Source: Desulfobacterales bacterium
GTDB lineage: Bacteria > Desulfobacterota > Desulfobulbia > Desulfobulbales > BM004
Assembly: GCA_021647905.1 (NCBI GenBank)
Contig: JAKITW010000003.1
Span: 3,503 to 67,502, forward strand
Direction of reading: 5' to 3'
DNA length: 64,000 nt
Shown: positions 26,944 through 36,617 of the stretch, one piece after another
How positions within the stretch are numbered: the first letter of the stretch is position 1
How the letters are laid out: each line of letters opens with the position of its first letter
Program-made: the position numbers and the translations under genes
Notes under the pieces: model-generated
The model's database searches: none
What the model was told of the DNA's origin: nothing
The model's input: the letters and a program-made list of their open reading frames with translations, nothing else

Positions 26944-28572
26944 TTACCCCTCCCTTTTCTCAAAGCTGTACCGGAACATGATTTTAACAATATCTTCCCG
27001 GTATTCTTTTGTTTTGTCGTCAAAGTCAAAATTATTTCTGGTCCCTTCCATCCGGATACTGCCCTTTTTGAGCCAGTCGGGCCGCAGTTCACAGTAGACG
27101 CTCAACTTGGTGCGGGTCGAATCATTGCCAAGGGTCGACAGGTCATTGACCACCCGCTCCGCATTCAGGCCGAAGCGCAGGAATTTCTCATAGGTGCCGC
27201 CCAGGTTGAACCTGAGGGTGGTTGTGTAGTCACTGCCGTTGGTGGTCAGATTGTCCCTTTCCTGCAGCCCGGCGACGAACCGGGGCCGCAACTCAAGCCG
27301 GCCGTCCTTGAAGCGATGCCGGGACGAAAGGCTAAGGTTGTAAAAATAGTTGCTGGAGGAAGCGCCGCCGGCAGTGGTGTCGTTATCAATGATTTTTTCG
27401 ATGTCCGCATTGACCCGCAGGACCTTGGCCAGCCGGTCGGAGACAGCGAGCTTGATCCGGTCCGAGGTTGATTCACGGCTGTTGTCATCGGTGTCGGTCC
27501 ACTTGCGGCGGGTTGACAGCGAGATCTTCAGGCTGCGCCGGTTAAAGGCCCGTTTGCGTTTGACGCCGACCTCGCCGGTAACGTTGGTGGTGGTGGTCAG
27601 GGCAAGGTTGTCCGCCAGGTTGTTCCTGGAATGATCGAACATCCCGAACACGCTCCAGCGATTGTTGAGCTTGGCGTCCGCCTTGGTATAGATCCGCTGC
27701 CGGTCCGGGGTGGCGCCGCCGCCCAGGGTGGTGAAGTCGGTGCTCACCCTCTCAAACCTGCCCCGCAGCTTGACCACGCCGAGCCGGGTTTTAAGCCCCA
27801 GCCGGTGGGCGGTGCCGGTGGTTTCGGTCCTGGCGCCGCCGCTGGTGGTCATGGTGGTATTGCTGTAGGCATGTTCGCCGCTCAGCCTTAAACGGTCCCG
27901 CCGGTATTCCCAGTCCAGGGCGGGCACTGTATTGATGTAGGCATTCTCGGTGGTCCGGTTCGGGTCGCCATCGTCATCCCTCACATAACCGAGATTCAGG
28001 CCGACCCGGTAGTTGTCCCGGGCATGCTGGAAACGGATACCGCCGCCGAACCGGTCCATGGGCTCGCCGGTCGGCGTCTTGTAGAGGTATTCCCACTGGC
28101 TGTCAAAGATGCCATAGCCGACCCGGATATAGTTTTCCTTGTCCCTGAGATTGAGCTGGGCGCCCAGACCCTTGACGGATTTATTCATGGAGTATTGGGA
28201 CAGGTTGATAAAATGATCGCCGAGATTGAGCTGGACCTTGTCCTTGACGAGCTTGAGGCTCAGTTTCTCAATGGAGGCGTTTTCCGGATCGAACTGGTCG
28301 TTGTCGGTCAACCGGAAATTAAAATTCAGAATAGAATCCCAGCCGTTGTCAAAACTGTTCCTTGCCCTGATGTCCGTCTCGTGCAGGTAATGGCCGCCCT
28401 CCACATAAAAACTGGCAGCCTTGCCCGGACCGGAGATGCTGTAGCTGATCAACTCGGTGCGGTTATTGATTTTTATCTGATTTGACGCGGCCAGGGTCGG
28501 ATCCGGGCCGGCCGCCAGCAGAAAAATCGAACCAAGAACCCCCCCCCAGGAGATCTTCTTGCAGTCCATCAT
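26944..28572 (-). CDS. Outer-membrane beta-barrel protein
   Basis: Signal peptide ending TLAAS, alternating amphipathic strands throughout, and an aromatic-rich C-terminal strand (VKIMFRYSF). Confidence 0.65.
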   Translation of the reverse strand: MMDCKKISWGGVLGSIFLLAAGPDPTLAASNQIKINNRTELISYSISGPGKAASFYVEGGHYLHETDIRARNSFDNGWDSILNFNFRLTDNDQFDPENASIEKLSLKLVKDKVQLNLGDHFINLSQYSMNKSVKGLGAQLNLRDKENYIRVGYGIFDSQWEYLYKTPTGEPMDRFGGGIRFQHARDNYRVGLNLGYVRDDDGDPNRTTENAYINTVPALDWEYRRDRLRLSGEHAYSNTTMTTSGGARTETTGTAHRLGLKTRLGVVKLRGRFERVSTDFTTLGGGATPDRQRIYTKADAKLNNRWSVFGMFDHSRNNLADNLALTTTTNVTGEVGVKRKRAFNRRSLKISLSTRRKWTDTDDNSRESTSDRIKLAVSDRLAKVLRVNADIEKIIDNDTTAGGASSSNYFYNLSLSSRHRFKDGRLELRPRFVAGLQERDNLTTNGSDYTTTLRFNLGGTYEKFLRFGLNAERVVNDLSTLGNDSTRTKLSVYCELRPDWLKKGSIRMEGTRNNFDFDDKTKEYREDIVKIMFRYSFEKREG

Positions 28573-28974
28573 AATGCTTTCTCCTTAATTAGATTGAAAT
28601 TTCCGATAACAAGTCTCTCCATCAACAATAAATATGACCCGATTATTTTTTCACAAGCCCTGATCTTGAACAAAACTGGTCAGTTCTGGACAGACACTAC
28701 CTCTTCGGGGCACCCCCGTCAATGCCAAACGTCCGCTTTTCGGCCCAGCAGACGCAACCGCTGCCTTGTAAGACCGGGCCCTTTTCGTTGGTCGATCAGA
28801 CCCGTTACGGTTCGTTCCGCAAAGCTCTTGAAGGGCGGGATTTATCTCAACAAAGAGGCAAAATACTTTTTGATGCGGCACCCGGGCGATCTTTTGCTTG
28901 TGCTTGTTCTCCAGGGCTTGCTATGGTTTATTAGCGGGCCGCACCGGTCTGCAAACACATGGTCTCAAGGGGGT

Positions 28975-30117
28975 ATGGGCATGGGAACGAACAACCTGAT
29001 CTTTCTGGAAGTCATCGAATGGTTTGATGATTCGGGCAAGGAAATCACCCACCGCATTCCGGAACAGGGCTCCGGCGAGATCAAATACGGGGCCCAGCTC
29101 ACTGTCCGTGACAGCCAGGCCGCGGTGTTTTTCTATCAGGGCAAGGCCTGCGAGGCGTTCGGGCCCGGTCGCCACACCTTGAAAACCGCCAACATCCCGA
29201 TCCTGACCAAGATCGTTGCCCTGCCCTGGGCCATGACCAGCCCCTTGCGGGCCGAGGTCTATTTTGCCAACATGAAGGTGTTCCCCAACCTGAAATGGGG
29301 AACCCGCGACCCGGTGGCTTTCAAGGATTCCGAACTCGGCCTGATCCGGCTCCGGGCCCATGGCATGTTCAATATCCAGGTGGTGCAGCCGATCCTGTTT
29401 ATCAACACCCTGGTGGGCACCATGGGCCGGTTTACCACCCGGGAAATCGAGGAGTATCTCAAGCGGGTGATTGTCTCCCGGTTCAACGACCATCTCGGCG
29501 AACATCTTGACAGCCTTCTCAACCTGCCGGGCAGGTACGACGAGCTGGCCGACGGCTTACAAAAAAGACTGGCAGAGGACTTCAGCCATTTCGGCATCAA
29601 GCTCCACGAATTGTATATCACCTCCATCACCCCGCCGGCCGACGTACAAAAAGCCATTGACGACAAGAGCCGGCTCGGGGTTTTCGATGACCTCGACCGG
29701 TTGATGAAACTGAAAGCGGCCGCAGCCATGGAAAAGGCGGCCGAGTCCAGCGGCGAGGCCGGTTCCGGCCTGGGAATGGGGTTGGGGTTCATGATGCCCT
29801 CGATGTTTGCCCAATCCATGCAGCCGGCCGCTGATTCAAACAAGCCGGAGCCACCGGCTGCCGCTGAAAACAACTGCCCGGACTGCCGCCACGCCATGCC
29901 GGTGGATTCGCGCTTCTGCCCCTACTGCGGCCACCAGCAGGTGGTCTTTCAGCAATGTGCCCACTGCGGCAAGAATCTGGCCGCCAACGCCAGATTCTGT
30001 TCCAGATGCGGCCGGCCCGCCGATGCCAGGCCGGCCCCGCTCTTCTGCCCCGAATGCGGGGCCGAAAACCTGCCCGGCGCGGTATTCTGCAACCAGTGCG
30101 GCGAATCGATGAAGTAA
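28975..30117 (+). CDS. SPFH/Band-7 domain protein with C-terminal zinc ribbons (YdjI/COG4260-like)
   Basis: Start at ATG 28975 after AAGGGGG. LIFLEVIEWFDDSG...AVFFYQGK...EVYFANMKVFPNLKWGT matches the so-called virion core protein-like SPFH family. The tail has CPDC..CPYC, CAHC..CSRC and CPEC..CNQC. Confidence 0.75.
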   Translation: MGMGTNNLIFLEVIEWFDDSGKEITHRIPEQGSGEIKYGAQLTVRDSQAAVFFYQGKACEAFGPGRHTLKTANIPILTKIVALPWAMTSPLRAEVYFANMKVFPNLKWGTRDPVAFKDSELGLIRLRAHGMFNIQVVQPILFINTLVGTMGRFTTREIEEYLKRVIVSRFNDHLGEHLDSLLNLPGRYDELADGLQKRLAEDFSHFGIKLHELYITSITPPADVQKAIDDKSRLGVFDDLDRLMKLKAAAAMEKAAESSGEAGSGLGMGLGFMMPSMFAQSMQPAADSNKPEPPAAAENNCPDCRHAMPVDSRFCPYCGHQQVVFQQCAHCGKNLAANARFCSRCGRPADARPAPLFCPECGAENLPGAVFCNQCGESMK

Positions 30118-30121
30118 GAAA

Positions 30122-30268
30122 GAGGTTACAGGTGTCAGGTTTCGGGTGTCAGTATCAAGAGATTTTTTTGTTACGAGGAGGTTTCATTAATAACGAATAT
30201 AACACGGCCCAAGCCCGTTCCCGATGACCAGGCAAACCCTGATACCTGAAACCCGATACCTGTAACCT
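30122..30268. repeat. 30-nt inverted heptamer arrays flanking an 87-bp spacer (MITE-like or intercistronic stem)
   Basis: aggttacaggtgtcaggtttcgggtgtcag (30122-30151) pairs with the reverse complement of ctgatacctgaaacccgatacctgtaacct (30239-30268), with about 26 of 30 positions matching. It fills the entire gap between the SPFH stop and the next ATG. Confidence 0.7.
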
Positions 30269-30273
30269 GAATA

Positions 30274-31497
30274 ATGCCCTATCGCCTTGAACAGGAATGC
30301 CCGCAGTGCAGCGCTCCTCTGGAGATAGAGGATACCGACCGGCTGATTTCCTGCTCCTTCTGCGGGGTGTCCAGTTACCTGGCCAATCCGGAAAAATGCC
30401 GGCTGGTGCTGCCGGCCAGGGATGCCGGCAAAACAAACCTCCATGTCCCCTATCTGCATTTCAAGGGGGCGGTGTATGGTTGCGATCAGCAGTCGGTCAA
30501 GTTCCGGCTGGCCGACACCACCAGGCTGGCGATATCACTGCCCCTTGTGCCGTCATCGCTGGGGGTCCGGCCCCAGGCCATGAAGATGCGCTATTACAGC
30601 CCGGCCCAGGGCAGCGTGCTCATAAAAAACACCCTGACCTGGAAAAAGGTGCTGGCCACCATGGTTCCTCCGCCAATACCCAGAAAAAAATGTTTGCACC
30701 AGGTTGCCATCGGCGAGGCGCTCAATGTCATCTACCTGCCCTTGACATTAAAAGACACCACCCTCTACGACGCGATACTGGACCGGCCCCTGGGCACAGT
30801 GGCCAGGGGATGGGACGCAATTGGCCCCCAGGTGCAAAGCAGGGCCGGCTGGCAGCCCAGGTTTCTGGCCAGCCTCTGCCCCCACTGCGGCTGGAACCTG
30901 CACGGCGCCCGGGACAGCGTGGTCCTCTTCTGCGATCACTGCAATTCGGCCTGGACCGCCGGCAACAACCGGCTGACCCGGGTCCCTTTTGTTGTTCAGG
31001 CCAGCAATAAAAACTCCCTCTACCTGCCCTTCTGGCAGATCCTGGCCACAGCGCCCGGGCCGGTTGCGATCGACTCCTTTGCCGACTTTATCCGGATTAC
31101 CAACCAGCCGCTGGTGGTCCGGCCGGGCTGGAAGAAACAGCCGATGCGTTTTTATGCGCCCGCCTTCAAGATCCGGCCCAAGAGTTTTTTGAGACTGGCC
31201 ACCCGGGCAACCGTTTCCCAGACCAGATTCACCTTAACCGGGGCGGATATGGCGGATATCGATCTGCACCCGGTCACCCTGCCCGGAAGCGAGGCGATCC
31301 AGGCCTTGAAGATCATCCTGGCCAACTCGGCCCTGACCAGGAAAAACATCTTTCCATTTCTGCCCGAAATCCGCTTTTCGGTCCAGCAGGCGCAACTGGC
31401 GCTGCTGCCCTTCAGCGCATCCAGCCATGAGTTCATCCAGGAACAGTCCGGCATCACCGTAAACCGGAACAGCTTGCGATTCGGCCGTGGTCTTTGA
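30274..31497 (+). CDS. Double zinc-ribbon protein of unknown function
   Basis: Two modules each open with CPxC...CxxC (CPQCSAPL..CSFCG at the N-terminus and CPHCGWNL..CDHCNS mid-protein). I recognise no other domain. Confidence 0.6.
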   Translation: MPYRLEQECPQCSAPLEIEDTDRLISCSFCGVSSYLANPEKCRLVLPARDAGKTNLHVPYLHFKGAVYGCDQQSVKFRLADTTRLAISLPLVPSSLGVRPQAMKMRYYSPAQGSVLIKNTLTWKKVLATMVPPPIPRKKCLHQVAIGEALNVIYLPLTLKDTTLYDAILDRPLGTVARGWDAIGPQVQSRAGWQPRFLASLCPHCGWNLHGARDSVVLFCDHCNSAWTAGNNRLTRVPFVVQASNKNSLYLPFWQILATAPGPVAIDSFADFIRITNQPLVVRPGWKKQPMRFYAPAFKIRPKSFLRLATRATVSQTRFTLTGADMADIDLHPVTLPGSEAIQALKIILANSALTRKNIFPFLPEIRFSVQQAQLALLPFSASSHEFIQEQSGITVNRNSLRFGRGL

Positions 31498-31643
31498 TAA
31501 TGTCCAGAGGTCCGAAACGGACGAAGATGAGGTGCTGGTGAACTTGTACGAACAGGGAAGCGAACCTGGTGAGACTCCGAAAAGACCATTCCCGGATGGG
31601 CACCAAACAACAAAATGCGGGCTCCACGGGTGAAGGTTGCGGA

Positions 31644-32438
31644 ATGAACCATTCTATTCACCGGGCCCTGTATTACCTGCGCGTACTTGGTTTCCGTGGT
31701 CTGCTTTCCGCCGTCAGATCAAAGCTGTTGAACAGGCCGGCCCTGCTGAAATCAACCAGGCCCGGGATCAGGTTTCCTTTCTATATCAGGATGCTGGCCT
31801 CGGACGTCTCGGTATACGACCAGATATTCATTCTCCGGGAGTATGATTTCGAGACCCGGAAGGAACCGGCCGTGATAATCGATGCCGGCGCAAACAGCGG
31901 GCTTACCTCGATCTGGTTTGCCAACCGGTTCCCGGATTCAAGGATCATTGCCATTGAGCCGGAAAAAAACAACTTTGCAATACTTAAGAAAAATATTGCC
32001 CCATATAACAACATCACTCCTGTGCATGGGGCATTATGGGACGAAAACAAGGAAATCACCCTGGTTGATCCCGGCCTGGGCACAATGGGATATATGACCC
32101 GAAACAATGCAGCCACTGCGGAAAAAATTCCTGGCAAGTCACTTTACCGGGTCAAGGGGATGACCATTGACCGGATCATGGCTGAACAGGGGATCGAATT
32201 CATAGATATCCTCAAAATAGACATCGAGGGAGCGGAAAAAGAGGTCTTCCAGGACCCGGCACCCTGGATTGACAAGGTGGGCGCCTTGATCATCGAAACC
32301 CACGAACGGATGAAACCGGGTTGTAATCATAATGTACTCAATGCTACAAAAGATTTTAACGATAAGTGGTCGCAAGGAAACAGTGTATATCTGAGCCGAA
32401 CCAATGGATGCCTGAAAAGGGGCATCACCCGGCCATGA
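31644..32438 (+). CDS. FkbM-family SAM-dependent methyltransferase
   Basis: VIIDAGANSGLTS, IIAIEPEKNNF and DILKIDIEGAEKEV motifs. Start chosen at ATG 31644. Confidence 0.75.
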   Translation: MNHSIHRALYYLRVLGFRGLLSAVRSKLLNRPALLKSTRPGIRFPFYIRMLASDVSVYDQIFILREYDFETRKEPAVIIDAGANSGLTSIWFANRFPDSRIIAIEPEKNNFAILKKNIAPYNNITPVHGALWDENKEITLVDPGLGTMGYMTRNNAATAEKIPGKSLYRVKGMTIDRIMAEQGIEFIDILKIDIEGAEKEVFQDPAPWIDKVGALIIETHERMKPGCNHNVLNATKDFNDKWSQGNSVYLSRTNGCLKRGITRP

Positions 32439-32560
32439 GCGGATTTTTCTTGTTTTTCCGCCCGCCGTCCTGATCAGTGCCCCTGGCGCGGGTGGCGGAC
32501 AGCAGGGGAGCCCCCCCGGCGGCAGGACCAGGTCCCGCCCTCCCCTGTTCGATAGCCGGA

Positions 32561-32630
32561 ACTGCTGATGAACGCTTACCGGCCGGTGGTTTCCGTAAAT
32601 CTGTAGCCCCTGGTGAACGGTTACGAAAGA
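32561..32630 (+). promoter_or_regulatory. Conserved roughly 70-nt upstream motif, copy A (upstream of tkt)
   Basis: actgctgatgaacgcttaccggccggtgg...cccctggtgaacggttacgaaaga aligns with 52074-52141. Each copy contains two CTGNTGAACNNTTAC boxes. Confidence 0.45.
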
Positions 32631-32799
32631 TCAGCCTTTGTCGAAAAAAGCCGGATCATTACTTGAAGCAAGAACCAAAATAGGGCATTATCTGCTGGAC
32701 ATTGAAATAGCTGAAGGTTCAAGGTTGGAAACGGCAACAACTTTGAAGCGGGAACTCGCCTGGCCTTCTCTTTATCACTTATCTGCAAAGGGGTTAAAA

Positions 32800-34806
<2,007 letters not shown>

Positions 34807-34812
34807 GGCGAA

Positions 34813-35724
34813 CTATTCCGCTGTTTTCCTGCCAGGCCGGAAATGGCAGCCGATACACCTGGCAATCGGACCGATCCGGCCCTGGTCGGCCATTTTCCGG
34901 TGACAGCCCTTGCACAAGGAGTGGCCGGCCAGCTTCAGGCTGTTGAGACTCTTGTTGCCCATCTCGGAGTTATGGCAGCTCACACAGGCAAGTATCCTCA
35001 TCTCCGGTTCATAGGGGAGCTGTTTCCCGTTCTCATCCATGCCGTGATGACATTCTTTGCATTCAAGAAACTGCTGGTGCTTCTGGTGGGGAAACAGGGT
35101 CGGCTGCCGGGCGGATAGATTCTGGATAACGATCATCTCCAGCCCGTGGCCGCTGTCCGTGCGCTCAACCACGATCTGTTCCCGGCGGAAATCCGCCTTA
35201 ACGACCCAGGTCTCCCGGGCCGCGACGGTAATCGCTTTCTCAAGCACCTGGTCGCCAAGGACAAATCTGACCGTATGTTCACCGGGGCCAAGGTTGTGGA
35301 CCTGTTTGTCACCCCTGCCGATCTCCTTGCCGTCAAGTGAAATCCGGGCATGCAGGGGCAAGGAACGAAGCACCAGGTCACCGCTGTCACCGCGGCTGAT
35401 CAGCAGCAGCACCTTGCGGTTGATATCCTCCACCGTTGTTGATTCATCAAAGTCAAGGACCACCTCCAGGGTACGGCCGTTCTTGATCGCCACGTTTCCG
35501 GTCAGAATTTTGCCGCGGTTTTTCGCCTTGAAGTTATACTCCCCGCCTTCGAGGTCCTCGATATAGAGACCGGCTGCCCCCAGCTTGCCCTGGAGCTGAC
35601 CACTGAGCCAGACCTGGGTACCCGGCGGCCCGACAACCTGCAGGTCGCCGCCGGCCGCAGCCGGCCCGGCAACCATTGCGGTCATGATCATCCAGAGCCA
35701 GAAGAAAGAATGGTATTTTTTCAC
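34813..35724 (-). CDS. Exported protein with PEGA-like beta-sandwich region(s) fused to a tetraheme cytochrome c3-type domain
   Basis: Signal peptide, then repeated motifs of PEGA style (VWLSGQ.., ISLDGKEIG). The C-terminus carries four CxxCH sites (CKECH, CVSCH, CKGCH, CIGCH). Confidence 0.7.
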   Translation of the reverse strand: MKKYHSFFWLWMIMTAMVAGPAAAGGDLQVVGPPGTQVWLSGQLQGKLGAAGLYIEDLEGGEYNFKAKNRGKILTGNVAIKNGRTLEVVLDFDESTTVEDINRKVLLLISRGDSGDLVLRSLPLHARISLDGKEIGRGDKQVHNLGPGEHTVRFVLGDQVLEKAITVAARETWVVKADFRREQIVVERTDSGHGLEMIVIQNLSARQPTLFPHQKHQQFLECKECHHGMDENGKQLPYEPEMRILACVSCHNSEMGNKSLNSLKLAGHSLCKGCHRKMADQGRIGPIARCIGCHFRPGRKTAE

Positions 35725-35821
35725 GATGCCCCTCCCTGCGGAGACGATAAATTAGCGAGATGGTTATTCTATTATATGCCGGAGATGGTTAGGATGCAAT
35801 CGACTTGATTTTTTTATTCAC

Positions 35822-35858
35822 AAAAAAAAACCCGGAACTCAAAGAGAACCGGGTTTTT
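35822..35858 (-). terminator. Rho-independent terminator ending the Wood-Ljungdahl operon (bidirectional shape)
   Basis: Stem aacccgg (35829-35835) / ccgggtt (35849-35855), flanked by A9 on one side and T5 on the other. On the minus strand the T9 run follows the stem, 23 nt after the mvhD stop. Confidence 0.7.
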
Positions 35859-35880
35859 AAAGATGGATTACGTGCGTGCC

Positions 35881-36612
35881 TCAGGATTTCTTTTTCTTGG
35901 CAGCGGCCTTTTTCCTGGCGGCGGCCTTCTTCTTGGCAGCCGGCTTTTTCTCTGTTTCTTTTTCCTGCCGGGCCGGCTTTTCGGCCTTTTTTTCCTGCCC
36001 CGCCGGGACCGGAGCAAAGGCCTTGGACAGAGACTTGGCCAGTTTTTCAGCAATCACCTCGCTGATATGCTCCCGGGTGAAATCTCCTTCCTTGCGCAAC
36101 CCCTTGGTGGCATTGGCAAAGACCATCCGCACCTTACGGTCGCTGACCACTGCCAGGGCCTTTTCCAGCCGGGCCGTCAATTCGGCCGGCTCGATCCCCT
36201 CGGACTCACCCAGCGGTCCCAGTTCCCTGGCAAGTTGCGTGAAATCGGTGATCAGCTTGACAAAGCGCGGCGCCTCGGCGGCCGAGGCCCACTGGAGCGA
36301 GAACCGTTCCGGGTTGATCCCGACTTCATTGAGCGCCATTCCCACCAGCGCATCCATTCCCATTGCATCGTAATTACCAACCTGGTAATGGCATTCACCA
36401 GGTTGTCAGCCACCGGCAAAGATGCCGGCCGCCCCGGCCAGGAACCCGCGCATCACAAAGGTGGGATCGATGCGGCCGGTGCACATCACCCGGATGGTCC
36501 GCAGGTTGGGAGGGTACTGGTAGCGGGATACCCCGGCCGCATCAGCGGCGGCGTAACAACACCAGTTACACAAGAAACCCAGAATCTTGGGATTATATTG
36601 TTCCTGACTCAT
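35881..36612 (-). CDS. mvhD: MvhD-like (methyl-viologen-reducing hydrogenase delta subunit family) selenoprotein with Lys/Ala-rich tail
   Basis: Track ORFs 36406-36750 and 35881-36363 are in the same frame, separated only by TGA 36408..36406. The read-through gives ...GAAGIFAGG-U-QPGECHYQVGNYDA..., aligning with the conserved GCHPGDCHY motif. Start at ATG 36612. Confidence 0.8.
36378..36405 (-). promoter_or_regulatory. SECIS-like hairpin immediately 3' of the mvhD UGA
   Basis: CAACCUGGU...ACCAGGUUG is a perfect 9-bp stem (36397-36405 / 36378-36386) starting right after UGA. An inner AAU/AUU extension is possible, leaving a bulged G. Confidence 0.65.
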
Positions 36613-36617
36613 AATAG

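Noticed and set aside
28594-28974. N-terminal 127-aa extension of the SPFH ORF, and similar extensions of tkt (32638), glgB (52012), the methyltransferase (31569), degP (57184) and the U32 peptidase (17277)
   Set aside because: The extensions have no family similarity and sit in intergenic-looking sequence. Internal ATGs with Shine-Dalgarno sequences or stop-start overlaps coincide with the start of homology.
28573-28974. Sigma54 promoter in the divergent control region (GGCAC...TTGC at about 28883-28905), as might be expected for a psp-like SPFH module
   Set aside because: The spacing between the GGCAC and TTGC elements is about 12 nt, against about 5 nt in the consensus, so the match is not convincing.
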